Below, one piece after another: positions 12,201 to 24,992 of a stretch of DNA of 64,000 bases. The notes under the pieces are model-generated. The model saw only the letters and a program-made list of their open reading frames with translations. It was not told where the DNA came from and ran no database searches. The stretch is from Bugula neritina. Taxonomy: Eukaryota > Animalia > Bryozoa. The first letter of the stretch is position 1. Each line of letters opens with the position of its first letter. Where the stretch lies: NCBI GenBank assembly GCA_964035545.1, contig OZ037765.1, positions 2,976,001 to 3,040,000 of the forward strand, in the 5' to 3' direction. A program made the position numbers and the translations under genes.

Positions 12201-13886
12201 GAAGCTAAACCCCTTGAGGTGACTTTTGTTGGTTTTTATTGAAGCTTGACAAAACTTGTGAGTCAGATAATTTTCTTAGCTTTATTATGTTACTCAGTTC
12301 TATATGAAGTAAAGCTACTCAATGTGTTCAGGTTGGTGAAAAAGTATGGGTTAGTCTGGAAGTAGAGGAGCCGGTGAGGGGGTGGTGTGGAGTGACCCCT
12401 GTCAGTGTTGGCACTCTGATATACTCTAATGGAACAGATGTGATGGTTAACTTTCCTGAATGTACAGACTGGAAAGGATTGGTTTCTGAGATTGAGAGAG
12501 TTAGAACTTGTATTCTAGTTGGTGACAAAGTTAGAGTGAGTGAACCTAAAATATCACTGTTACTAAACAAAAACTAGTGTGAACCTTGATAGAATTATGT
12601 GAATACTTCACAAGACTAAAGCAGCACGCAGTGTCTATCATATTCAGTTACTTTTCAGTTTTAGTTTCAGTTGCAATTATGCACAATAAACTTAGCTCGT
12701 TTAGGCAATTTTAAGTTTATTTGAAATTAAGTTTATTGTAGATATTAATTATTATGTTCAATAAAATGAGTTTTTGCAGGTAAAAAGCTCAATTAAAGAA
12801 CCCACTACTGGGTGGGGTGGGATAACACATGCGAGAGTAGGAAGAGTCGCAGAGATACACTACATCCCACACCAGGGTATAACATCATATATGCTTAAAT
12901 GTATAATGCAATTATACACTTTCTTTATGCTATACAACATAATATATGTAACGCTTCCTCTATAGAATGTATATTACTCTTTCAATTTGCTTAAGCCATG
13001 CATCTGATTTAAAAGAAGCCTAGTATTCTGGACAATTTATATGCTTGCAGGTCGAAGCGCATTCATTGACTTTCCGGACTCACATGTTGGTTTGTCGCGT
13101 CCAGTATCTGAGCTGGAGCTCGTTGAGAGATGCGTGACCAGAGAAGATGGTAGCATTGAAACTGGAAGTCCTTCTCCACCACAGTCAGCTTTCTTCAATT
13201 TACTAGTTTATATATTACTAGCTTATATATTGCTAGTTCATATATTACTAGTTTATATATTACTAGTTTATATATTACTAGCTAGTCTATATAATTACTA
13301 GTTTATATATTACTAGTCCATATATTACTAGTCTATATAATTACTAGTTTATATATTACTAGTCCATATAAATTACTAGTTTATATATTACTAGCTTATA
13401 TATTGCTAGTTCATATATTACTAGTTTATATATTACTAGTTTATATATTACTAGTTTATATAATACTAGTTTATATATTACTAGCTTGTATATTACTAGT
13501 TTATATATTACTAGTTTATATATTACTTACTAGTTTATATATTACTAGTTTATATATTACTAGTTTATATATTACTAGTCTATATATTACTAGTTTATAT
13601 ATTACTAGTTTATATATTACTAGTTTATATATTACTAGTTTATATATTACTAATGTATATATTACTATTCTATATATTACTAGTCTTTATATTATTAGTT
13701 TATATGTTTACCCTCATTGTGGTGTATTATGATACTTATAATCATACAAGTACATTAAAATATGACAAAAATTGTATTATGGTATATATTAAATTATACA
13801 ATATATAGGCTAATGCATTATGATATAATATAATTATTGTGATTAATATTGTATTTTATTGTTATTTTAGAGATTTTATTCTTTGA
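9227..13886 (+). CDS. RING (C3HC4) - coiled coil - four HERC2/KEG-type SH3-like repeats; putative E3 ubiquitin ligase, ~519 aa
   Basis: Phase-consistent GT-AG exons: 9227-9400, 9625-9754, 9933-10000, 10089-10196, 10723-10924, 11387-11523, 11768-11928, 12089-12218, 12332-12535, 12780-12876, 13051-13183, 13871-13886. RING CKVC..LPCQHTLCLEC..CPLC. Repeats such as VGDNVRVRPSVKEPSDGWG, VGEKVWV..EPVRGWCG..VNFPECTDWKGLVSEIERV, VGDKVRVKSSIKEPTTGWGGITHARVG. The last exon is the least certain. Confidence 0.82.
10225..10345. repeat. Degenerate ~26-bp intronic tandem repeat
   Basis: TTTACTTACCTCTAATCTTTAACTCT-like units, about 4-5 copies. Confidence 0.7.
11043..11292. repeat. 11-bp intronic minisatellite
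   Basis: (GTTGCTATGCR)n, about 22 copies; explains three overlapping spurious ORFs. Confidence 0.95.
13200..13705. repeat. 15-bp intronic minisatellite
   Basis: (TTACTAGTTTATATA)n, about 33 copies. Confidence 0.95.
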
Positions 13887-13909
13887 ATCTCATTGATTGC
13901 AGATGTGCC

Positions 13910-13985
13910 ACACAGTAGATATACACCACAGTAGATATACAACACAGTAGATATACAACACAATAGATATACAACACAGCTATAC
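13910..13985. repeat. Short tandem repeat in the putative 3' UTR of the RING gene
   Basis: ACACAGTAGATATACA-like units, about 4 copies. Confidence 0.8.
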
Positions 13986-15475
13986 ATATAGAAGGGTGTG
14001 TTTTATAGGATGACGATGCTAAGCATTTTATTACTTATTCTATTTTCATATCACAAGTTATTTTATAAAAAAGTCAATTCTTTAAAGTTTTGTAGTGCAG
14101 CATATATTGTGTTCCTCGTGCTTAATTATTGTTGCTGGGCCTTAAGCCTAACTTATGCAGTTATTTCTTTTACAAATACAATGCAGAAGGCTTTTCATTT
14201 GCAACAAATAAAATTCAGTTTCACATTATAAGTATTGTAATAATAAATATGAAGCTGGTTTGCATCGAGCATCACGCTGCCTTGTCTACCAGCTAATAGA
14301 ATAGCATTCACACTGAACTAATAGAATTAGACACGGTTCACTTCCTGGAATATTCCACATTATTCCAGTTACAGGTGCAGAATACACACTTAAAGCTTTT
14401 GCAATCAATAACTGCTTGCTGTAGCAGAAGCTAAATCGATCAATAATAGTTGCAAAGTGTGTGCAGGTCAACGTCCCGTTTCCAAAGATCATTGTCAGCA
14501 TAGACAAATAGACTACATGCAGAAAGTATAATTAAACAAACTGGACTGAAAACTCCTTAATACAGAGTTGGCATGTAAAGTCATAATAATGTAAAGTAAA
14601 ACAGAATTAGTAGTTCCCTAATATTTATAACATTGTGATAATACAGAGCTGCATGACAAATAGGAAATATTGCAGTCATTCTATAACAATAGTAATTTGA
14701 AGTGTAAAACAATTCTACTCTATTATAGACAATACTCATATGATTTTATGTTAATGATATACCTATTCTTATTTCCTATTTGGGAGGCCGCATCTACTGG
14801 TTGTAGCTTGATCTAGTCATTCCTATGGTCATAGATAATGTCAGGAGGGGCATCTCCCCCCCCCTCTAAGCAGAAGGCCTTAATACATTTAATTGCCAGC
14901 ATAGTGAGAGGCACAACCTTTACCTTGTTTACAAGCCCTATTGTATATAAAGGGTTCCTACTTTAAACTTGTGCGACTTTATTTCTTGCAGTAAAATGTC
15001 AATATTACATAGAGTTATCCTGTGCTGTAATAACTTTCACATGTGACTGAAATGAAGCCTCAGTACAGAATTTTCTACAGCTATAATAAGAGCTAAGCTT
15101 TTAATTGAGAAGTGGCAGCCTTTCTCTGCTGCCAGCCCAGGTGCTGCCAACTAGTCTCCAGATCTGCTTCAGAACTCTAAAAACATTTGGCCTTCACTAA
15201 CTGCCACCATGACTGCTAAAAAAATTGGCAAAACAAACAAAATCATTGCGGTGTAATGTTTAGCAGATCGAAAGAAAAGCAGTCGAAAGGATCATGTTAA
15301 GTCAAGAAGGCCAACGAAAAAAGGTTTGCTATAACTTCTCACTTGCTCAATAAGCTCTCTAAAATCAAACAATCAGTTTATATGCTTTTAATATGTGTGG
15401 AGTTCAATTGACTTAATCTCTGCTGCTCATATTCTTTTCGAACTATTGTTGACTTTCTGACAAATAATATGATAT

Positions 15476-15812
15476 TGTTATACTTTTCAGTTTTGGGTTG
15501 ATGTGCAATCAAGAGAGTCTATTTAGTTGCTAGAGAACTTCGCCAGGATAAGTCGAGTTAATACGAGTATATTTTACACACAAGAATACATCACAAAACT
15601 ATACAAATACATCCAGTTAATTGATACGTCCATACAATTCAACACTCTATTCTCAACTAAATAACAGTGGGAAACTAACTACTGCTACTAACTGTCAGTA
15701 TCGCTAATTGGCTGTCCATTGTTCCGGGTCATCTACGTGACCCCCGTGCTGCACTCATGGGGAAATAATATTTCCCGTTGTTACGTTGCTGGTAGCTCCA
15801 CGAGCCACCACA
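15476..15812. mobile_element. Solo LTR (337 bp, TG...CA) with 4-bp TSD ATAT
   Basis: Starts TGTTAT and ends CCACCACA. It interrupts a repeat whose uninterrupted copies (4643 GATATTCAGC, ~5112 GAGATTCCAC) give the empty site. ATAT lies at 15472-15475 and is restored on the right once the nested MITE is removed. Confidence 0.7.
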
Positions 15813-15814
15813 AT

Positions 15815-15978
15815 CACTGCGTTTCCATTATCGCATTATGAGAATGGATTTTTTCATTCGGCTAATGGAAACAGTTACATTGAATGAAACCGCAACTATA
15901 AGTTAATGCAAACCACAAACCACAAATAATCCGTACGGGGCATTCATTCGCATTATGCGCAGTCATGGAAACGCAGTG
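15815..15978. mobile_element. Small non-autonomous DNA transposon (MITE) with CACTG...CAGTG ends (CACTA/EnSpm-like), 3-bp TSD AAT
   Basis: Perfect TIR CACTGCGTTTCCAT / ATGGAAACGCAGTG with further imperfect inverted similarity inside; AAT at 15812-15814 and 15979-15981. Confidence 0.75.
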
Positions 15979-16079
15979 AATATTCCACAATCGCTTATTA
16001 TATTCTGTTTGTAATTTATTATTTTCATAAGTTACTTTTTGTTTGAGTGAGTTGAACGTAAATTGTTGTATTGCTAATA

Positions 16080-16279
<200 letters not shown>

Positions 16280-17487
16280 AGGTTATTAAAATAATTGATA
16301 ATTAGTTCATTATAAAAATATTGGCATTTCATTTTTATGTTATATTTATATAGCCGAATTAGACAGGGTGAAGAACAAGACCTCTCCATAATCACAACTA
16401 ATTTAATGCCAAGGCTAAAATAAAACAAAAATATCGTGACAAGCAATGTTGAAATAATTTCAAAACATAATATTTTAAACATTCATCATTAAGGCTGAGG
16501 AGAATAGCTGAATGTCAGTGTTTCACTGAAATCAAAAACATAATTCAATTCTGCAAAGCAAACTCTAACAATATCAGACCAAATTAAAAGCTGATCAGCC
16601 ATGTTGTATTTTATAACACTCATTGAGCCAACTGACAAATGAAAGCAAGTGATCTGTCATAAAATAAGGGGATACATTAATAATTACATATCAGATTCAC
16701 CACTGGACCATACAATCATTATAGAACAGTGAAACGTCTGAGGTTTTAGAAGCACTTCGTTTCCACTCTTATTTCCGGCTTCTAGAAAAAGCGCAAACAC
16801 TATTATGATCACGTGAGAGTGTATTTAGATGTGCTATTGATTTGCATGCATCTGACAATGCTAGATATCTTTGGACAATAAATTTGATACTATATATAAA
16901 GAAATGATGAATATATCAATAGATAATGCTGACAGAGATGTAATGCTGACTATATATTATAAATAAAACTCATTTATTAGTATCAATATAGTAAATATAA
17001 ACAGTACTAGATGAGCACCTGGAGTAAACAAACATTAAATCACAACAAAACAGCACGTTGTCAGCAGAAAAAAAAGTCAGATAATTGATTGAGAGAGAGC
17101 AAACTATGCGCACCAGAAGTAAATAAATATGTGAAAACAGTAGAATGAAAATATGGAATGATATAGAAATATACAAATCTAAAACTCATATGATTAAATA
17201 AAGACCAATAAAAATCACAATAAAACATAAATTGTTGTGATACAACAAAAAACCAGCAAAATATGTGATATATTATTATTAATGGAGAATGCACAAGACA
17301 GCACTGGCTTATCATTTAGTGTGAATGTAAAGCACAAAAGTACCTGAAGAATTAAAATCTAACAAAATAAGTAAAAATGGAATGATTAAAAAAACTACAA
17401 GTTTGGAAGTTGGCATATCTTGAATAAGCATATAGCACCCAGAACAAAATCTATAGTGAGTACAAGATTGTCATATAGAACATTCTA

Positions 17488-20400
17488 CTACTTTGAGATG
17501 TTGGATGTCAATCGTCTTCTCAACTCAGCTACGGAGAGTTGTGCTCCCTGATCTTCAGTCACTGCATCTGTACGAGCAGAAGGAGAAAACTCCCGATTTC
17601 GTAGAGCTAATGGTTTTGGTGAAATAGCTGGTTTACAAGCCCCGCCCACAGAGAAGTTTGACCTTCTGCAGCTACTCATGGCCGCATCTGATTCCATTGA
17701 CCTGCTGCCAGAGCTGGTCTCAGAAGCTGTCTGAACCCCTGGAGAGAAAGAAGATGCTACTTTAGGAGGTACGCGAGGTCGAGTGGGAGGCGGGCTTCTC
17801 GTGACCGACGTATTGTCAGCTCGCACGGCAAGAGGCGGGGCTTTCACTGGTTCCATATACGTTGAGGGTGCCCAGCCCTTGACACCACCAGTCTGAACAA
17901 ACCACCAGCCAGAGTCATCTTTATTCAGTACCTGAAACGTAACGCAATATCTCTTTAAGCTGTCTGATATTATACAGCCAAACGTTCTGTTTACATAAAA
18001 GCATCGCTTACTTTATCTAATAGTTAAACAGTGATCATTTAGACAACAAATATAATATTATTGTCTGGCTAATAAAAAAGCATAGAATAATAAAAAAAGG
18101 GTAACCTCTACGTAACCTTGGGTTTGTTTTTTTCTTTAGCATAAATTGCATTGACACTAATTAAAATAAAGACCTTTTTTAAATATGATATACACATTCC
18201 ACTGATAAACAGGAAAAGAAATACAATTTTTAAAGGCTCAAAACTTAACATGGTTTATTTACCGTTTTTTAACAAAGTTAGACTACAATAAACCAGATTA
18301 ACAGAAATAAAGTGGAACAGCTATGGAATAGCATGAAATGGAAACTTACATAAAACTCTGAAAAGAAAAACATATTCAATAATGATTGCAAACAAGTGTT
18401 ACCTTCATACGAGACCCTTCAACAAGATCTAACCCATCATGCATAGTGTTTGTGAAGTCTGCTATGGCTACATATTCTACCGACTTTACAGACATCACGG
18501 CGGGCAATGGTGGGCGTGGCTACAATGAAAGCATTTCATATTTCACTAGCTTGATAATGCATTATAACTACTCAAAATATTTATATACCACCAGAAATAT
18601 GAACAAGCATTTTATTTCAATTTTACAGTCAAGTATAACTACAGCAAATGATTGCAATTTGAAGTTCTTCTTTCTTCTCCTTGTATAACTGTGTATTCAT
18701 CTCTTGCATATTTCCACAGAGCATATCCTGTTAGTATAATATTACATGAATAGTCTACTATATTGGGGTGAAAAGTTACCGGCTTGGGTTTGTTAGCGTC
18801 CCGGCGAGGTGGGGCGTAGTGGCTAAGCTGAGATCTCTCATTCAGACTATTTGTTGGAGCTGAAGCTACGGAAGCTGAAGGCTGTCTGTTCATTGCCAGC
18901 AACTGCTTAGCCTTTAAACTGTCAGCCTTGCGGAGGTAGGCGGCTGGGAAGAGGCCTTCCTTGCCGGAGTATCTGTATACACAAAGAGAAGATGTATGAG
19001 TCAGAGCATTGGTATGCTGCCAGTGAAGAGTCAGCGTCACAAATTAGCCTGCGATATTCAATAACTGTCAGCATTTACGGGAAGTACTCATTATAAAGCT
19101 GCAGTAAATATTCTTAGACAGTATACCAGGAGATAGTGAATAAATAGTGATATGATTACTAAATCACTCGTTTACACCATCATTTGCTCTTCATATATGA
19201 ATTTGTGAAATTATAAACTGCATCAAATTTTAAAAAAGCTTAGCTTAACATGTGAGCTGCAGTGAATTAAGTATCACTAAACAGCAAGTACTAGTGAAAA
19301 GTAAGTAACAGTGAACAGTAAGTATCAGTGAATAGTAAGTACTGAAGAATAGTAAGTACTGAAGAGTAGTAAGTAACAGTGAATGTATAAACTAAACAGC
19401 TAACACAAAGAGTTGTATGCTATAAAGTGTTACTAGGTAATGCTAAAGTGAGGCACATATGTATTTCCAGCACGAGTCAGGAGAGAGAGCAGCTACGCAG
19501 CAAATTATCAAAATAGTCTCAGAACCAAACTTCAGACTCTCATAATACGGTACCTGCAAGTCCACCACCCATCAATAGCTTTAGTGATGACATCCACAAC
19601 ACACCCTCGGGCTATGCTCAGCTCGTCCCCTTCTGCTGCCACGTAGTCTGAGGTCGTGACATACTTGCAGGGAAGTGCGGGCACGGCTGAGAGCTCCTCC
19701 TCTTCATTGTCTGCAGGATTGTAGACTGGGTCTAAGTAGCTGGCAGGTACCCAACCTGTAAACTCTCCGTACTGTGCCAGCCACCAGCCTACATAACATG
19801 CTAGAGTGTACACATAACATGCTAGAGTGTACACATAACATGCTACAGTGTATACATAACATGCTACAGTGTACACACAACATGCTACAGTGTATACATA
19901 ACATGCTACAGTGTATACATAACATGTTACAGTGTATACATAACATGCTACAGTGTATACATAACATGCTACAGTGTATACATATCACACTACAGTGTGT
20001 ACATCCTGTATTACATTGTACAATACACACACAGAGTGCATGTGCACATACCGCTTAGAATATGAAATGTACGACTTGCTTGTACCACTATGATGTATAT
20101 TATACAACCAATCTTATTATAATCACCTGTGTGCTTCTTTTCTACAATGTAGAGAACAGTGCCGGCTGCCACACTGAGCTCTCCACTCTGAGCCTTTGTA
20201 TAGTCTTCTATGACGACGTACTGAGGGTAGCTTATAGGACTTGTGATTCCATGGCCAGCCGCAGGGATTTGATGGGCTCGGCTTTAAGTATATAACATAT
20301 AGTATAGAGTTTAAAAAAATATAGGGAGTCGCTGTGGTCTAGGGGTTAAAGCGTTTGCTTTGTGAACATGAAGTCATGGGTTCAAACCCCGACAAAGGCC

Positions 20401-22673
20401 ATTGGTGATGCTATGAAGAGCATTGAGTCATAATTGCTCCTGTGCCTCATCTAAACAAGTCCCTAGCCTGTTCTAACAAAAACCCTTTCCACCAGGGGCT
20501 TCTCACAGGGATAGCGACTATAAACTTGCGTGAGATAGGAGTTTAAAAATATAACGTACAGTATAGACTTGAATAGAATAACATATAATATGCTCACAAG
20601 AATAAGTTGATTGAGTAATGAGAAAGTAGACTACTGAACAAAAACAACTTTTCATAAGACTAGTCTGTTACATTTCAGATTCCAATTTATATTCTAAACG
20701 GGCTGGAAATTTAGGAAGTATATTGGAAGTATTTTATAGATACAAGTGTGTAAAGAATATAGCTGTTAAGACACGCCCATATCTACTGAAAGTACCAGCA
20801 AAATTAAAACTCCCTACCCACCTCCCCACCCCGACATGTTTTATATAATAAGAAACTCTACCTTTTTCTCTCCCGCTCTATCAGGGGTGTGAGATCACTT
20901 TCCCTAGACTCTAGAAACTGTATGACTAGTTCACTGACACCAACTCGTGGTAGAGCAATCAACGCCTGCCGGGTACAGCAATACACTAATGTAAAGATGA
21001 CAGTGACATGGACAGTGAACTAACACTAAACTATTGATCTGATTGGTTAATGGTATGAACATCATCACACAAGTAGAATAAATATCATCGCTGACTCGGG
21101 TTTACCTTCAGGTAGACGTCAAATTTGCTGCGACGCTTTTCCGCTGTTTTTTCACTTAAATTTCCAACTAGTTTCTTTCCTAAACATGGAGGCATCAACA
21201 TTTCAACATATGTACCCTTTAGCTTACGTATAGACAATTTGTTGGCAAGTATACACTGAGTGCAGAATTTAAAATCCTAAAGCGTAAAATAATACCTGGT
21301 AGAAATGGAATAGTTCTTCTAGACGGGTCATACGTGCCAGCCTCTAAAGGAAACAGGTCTAGTAATGAGCACTGTAACGTATATAACTTAAATTATTATA
21401 TTATATAACATAATACGTTATCATATACAACATATTTAATAAATTATTATAATACATTACCATATATACAACATAATATATAACACATTATTATATGCAA
21501 AGAGAGCCTTTTCAGAGGTCCCTAATATCCCCTTCACAATTAAGAGTTGTGTCCCCCCAAAGTGAATAAGTTGCACCTTCGTATAAACAGCAAACTCATT
21601 AAAAAATTTAAAGTTTGGCTGCTACTTAAAATTCTAATTAGGCTATGGAATTGTTCTTTTAGGAGATAGATATTTTGGTGTAAGCACACATATTAGCAGT
21701 TCAAATGTTTCTTTACGAAAAATTTTTGAAGAAAATAAACTTGAAAGAATTTTTGTGGCTTTAATTATTGAGCAACGCTGAAGTGGCACTTCAGCATTGC
21801 TCAGCAATTAAAACTACAAATATTCCTTTAAGTTTATTTTGCTTAACAATATTTATTTTGGAAGGAGACAACTCTTAATTGTAAGGGGGATCTTGGAGAA
21901 TTCTGAAAAGGGTTTATTGAAATATTAAATAGTTTACAAGATAAAATAAAAGGCTGAGGTGTATCTACAGAGATATGGTCTACTAGTGAAACATTGCAGA
22001 TGAGTGAAAATTCTCACCTGATGACGAAACTCACCTGTAGATTGAAGAACTGGGAGTACCGTCTGTAAATGACAGCCGACTGACCAGTTGACCAGATGAC
22101 GTGAATCTCGTAGACCTAACAACACACATGGCTTCTATTTTACTGAAAATAGTTATCATCTTTAACAAAAATGGTTAATCATTATTTTATTATTATTTAG
22201 GTAGTAAAAGCCTAGTTTTGTCAGAGATATTAAAAAACCCATAAGCACAAAAATTGGCATGCTGAAGTTATGAACATTCACCGCTATTTGTATACACTTT
22301 TGTATCTAAAGTCAATATTGATAACAAGCCTGAATATGATATTATCTATTTTTAAATAAAACAATATGTAGGGTTCAAGTGCTCGACTCAAATGACATTT
22401 ACTATGTACAATCATTTTCAATAATTCCAATAACAAGAACAGTATAAAATTTGTAAAGTTCATTTATTTATTTATATGTTTATGCTTATATGTTTATATG
22501 TTTATGCTTATATGTTATATGTTTATATGTATATGATAATATGTTTATATGTATATGTTGTACAGATTTTGTTTTTGGGTAATAAAAGTACTTACAAAAT
22601 GCCGTGATGGATGGGATTTGAGGTGAAAGCAATTACAGGAAACAGTTTTAGCAGTTCGGTTGGTGTCAGACAT
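17488..22673 (-). CDS. PX-SH3-SH3-SH3 adaptor, SH3PXD2(Tks4/5)/p47phox-like NADPH oxidase organiser, paralogue A, ~518 aa
   Basis: Exons (top-bottom): 22673-22596, 22115-22035, 21371-21296, 21179-21106, 20965-20862, 20281-20127, 19788-19554, 18972-18780, 18519-18403, 17931-17488; all GT-AG and in phase. PX: VYEIHVIWS..IYRRYSQFFNLQ..FPLEAG..RTIPFLPGK. SH3s: GWWLAQ..GWVPASYL; DGWW..GLFPAAYL; SGWWFV..GWAPSTYM. Confidence 0.9.
19790..19995. repeat. 21-bp intronic minisatellite abutting a splice acceptor
   Basis: (ACATAACATGCTACAGTGTAT)n, about 9-10 copies. Confidence 0.95.
20324..20534 (+). mobile_element. tRNA-derived SINE in intron 5 of paralogue A
   Basis: GGGAGTCGCTGTGGTCTAGGGGTTAAAGCG (A box), GGGTTCAAACCC (B box), 3' end CTATAAACTTGCGTGAG; degenerate TSD GAGTTTAAAAA(AA)TATA. 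Confidence 0.88.
21507..21911. mobile_element. MITE family 1, copy 1 (~400 bp, ~45-bp imperfect TIRs, internal palindrome)
   Basis: CCTTTTCAGA..CCCCTT.ACAATTAAGAGTTGT / ACAACTCTTAATTGTAAGGGG..TCTGAAAAGG; internal TGAGCAACGCTGAAGTGGCACTTCAGCATTGCTCA; second copy at 50834. Confidence 0.85.
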
Positions 22674-24992
22674 TGGGAAATTGTAATTTCTGTCAAGAGT
22701 GGGAAATACTTTCAACTTCAGTCACAGCTTTTGAGATCCAACTAGCAAAGAATGTAAAATTGCCTTTGATTGGCTATACCAAACTTTCACTAAAACAATA
22801 TAAAAGTAGGAATAGATACTAACAGTACAATATTGACAATAAAAGTAAAGTTACGTTCTATTAGCTAGAGCCTTAAAAAATGCATGGCTACAAAGATCTA
22901 AATTAAATTTCATTATATTTAAAACTAATGTTGGCTAAATTTAGTTACTAAGTGAGTAACCACAATACCACCTTCAACTATAAATAGAGAATTTCTTTGA
23001 AACTGGTAATCAAATCCAATGAAACTCCATATATATATATTATGTAATTAGACAAACTGCAAACATAAAATAATTATTATTTTTATAGTTGTAATAATTC
23101 AACATCAGTATCTCTATCACTGTGATCTGATGACTAAGACTAAGACCAAGAGTCTTTCAGTGAAAAGATAAGGCTAAGAGTAAGTCACTTAGTAAGTGTA
23201 ACACTAACAGTAACACTAACACAGTAAGTGTAACTGTAAGTGTGACAGTAACACAGTTAGGTGCAGAAATGGAGATTTTGACCACAAATTCTCCCCCCCC
23301 CCCTCCTGAATAGCATACTGTTGAAAGTTTTTGGCTTGTGTTAGATGGACCCTACCAACATATTTGAAAGTGTAGAATGCTATGAATACAATTGTCTTAG
23401 TCTTACTGTTTAAGTCACTCTTACTAAGAGTGACTTAGTCTTAGACAGTAACTTAGCGTTACAGTTGGTGGTAGTGTTAGTATTAAGTGTTACTGTTAGT
23501 GCAAGTGTTAGACATGCACATCGGCACTGTGATTGACTTTGAGAAACATAAAACTCAAAAGATTGTTCTTTGTGACATCAATTCAAAACGAAAAGTGCTA
23601 CTCATAGTCATAGTCATACTCATACACTTACACTGGTTACAGTGATACTGATGGTCATAGACTCATACTGATACTATGAATCTATGACTATCACTGTAAG
23701 CTTGAAAAATTACTTTTCCTCCATCACTACCACTATGATTATGACTATGAGTATGAGTCATAGTCAATGTCATACCCATAGTATAACTATAACTATAAGT
23801 ATAGGTATAAGTATTACTATTACTATAGTATTAGTATTAGCTGTACTTGTAGTTGTAGTGATGAAGAAAAAGTAAATTTTAAATTGATATTGATATTGTC
23901 GTAGTATTTCAATCTTCAGTAGCCACTGGGTAGTGTGAATCATTTCTTATAAATAAAATAATTATATATAGAGATTCTAATAATATCAATAATTTTATTA
24001 AATTTAACAGTAAGCTGACTAAAATCAACCTGCGCCATGAAATTACAGTCGAGGACTCTGACTCATCTCGGAAGCTGGCTTGTAAGCCGAAGTTCTTAGA
24101 TACACAAATATAGTAAAAGGGGGCGTTTCACGCTAGCGACGGAAATACGCTAGAGTACGTAGTAACGTCAAACTTATCATCTAAAGCACTGAACAGTTCA
24201 TTAATGGAAACTGTAAAGCTTCAAAAATTAGCAAGTTTTGCAATAAATTATTATGTCACAAACAAATTTTTGATTGAGATAACTCTAAAATCGTCATACT
24301 ACCTCGTCCCTTTGACCAGGTCTCCGTTTGTAATTCTATAGAATACATGCTAGCAAGCTATTGCATCCTATAATAATGATGAGGTATATTTTATTTTGTT
24401 ATGTGAAAAATGATAGGACTTGATAACAGATGGTCTAGTGGACAGTTTAGCTATAATACAATTACTCATGTAATTAATAGCATATCATATCACAAGCAAA
24501 TTGCTTGCTATATATCAAGGTCTTTCAATGCATAGAACTGCTTTGCTGTGAAGCCATAGTCATACATAAATAGAGCAAAAGTATAATAATATTTACCTTA
24601 GAAAACAAACTTATTAAGCACCAAAATCTTTTGAAACAAAAAACTCTGTGGACTGCAAATATGAATAAACTAAAGCTAAACTTGGTATCTGTTATACAGA
24701 ATAATAAATATAAATACATAGGCCGTGTCATTGAGCATATAAAATGTAATGTTCATACACTTATGCCATGTGGTAAAAGTTTCACGCAAAATGCTCTATA
24801 ATACAGAACAAAGTCAACATATACATAAAAATAATTCATCCTTAAAAATCATTTATATAATAATGCAACTATATACTGTAAATTTTTAATAGATATACTA
24901 CACAAAAATAAGCTGTAACACCTATATAACTGGTGGAGCATGAATTATACAGATACATATATATAAAAACATAGCCTATTCTCTTTTCTATT

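Noticed and set aside
13184-13732. Hydrophobic LLVYI/ITSLY-repeat ORFs resembling transmembrane segments
   Set aside because: Products of a 15-bp minisatellite inside the predicted last intron of the RING gene.
19704-20058. CxHC-repeat ORFs resembling metal-binding proteins
   Set aside because: Alternative frames of the 21-bp minisatellite.
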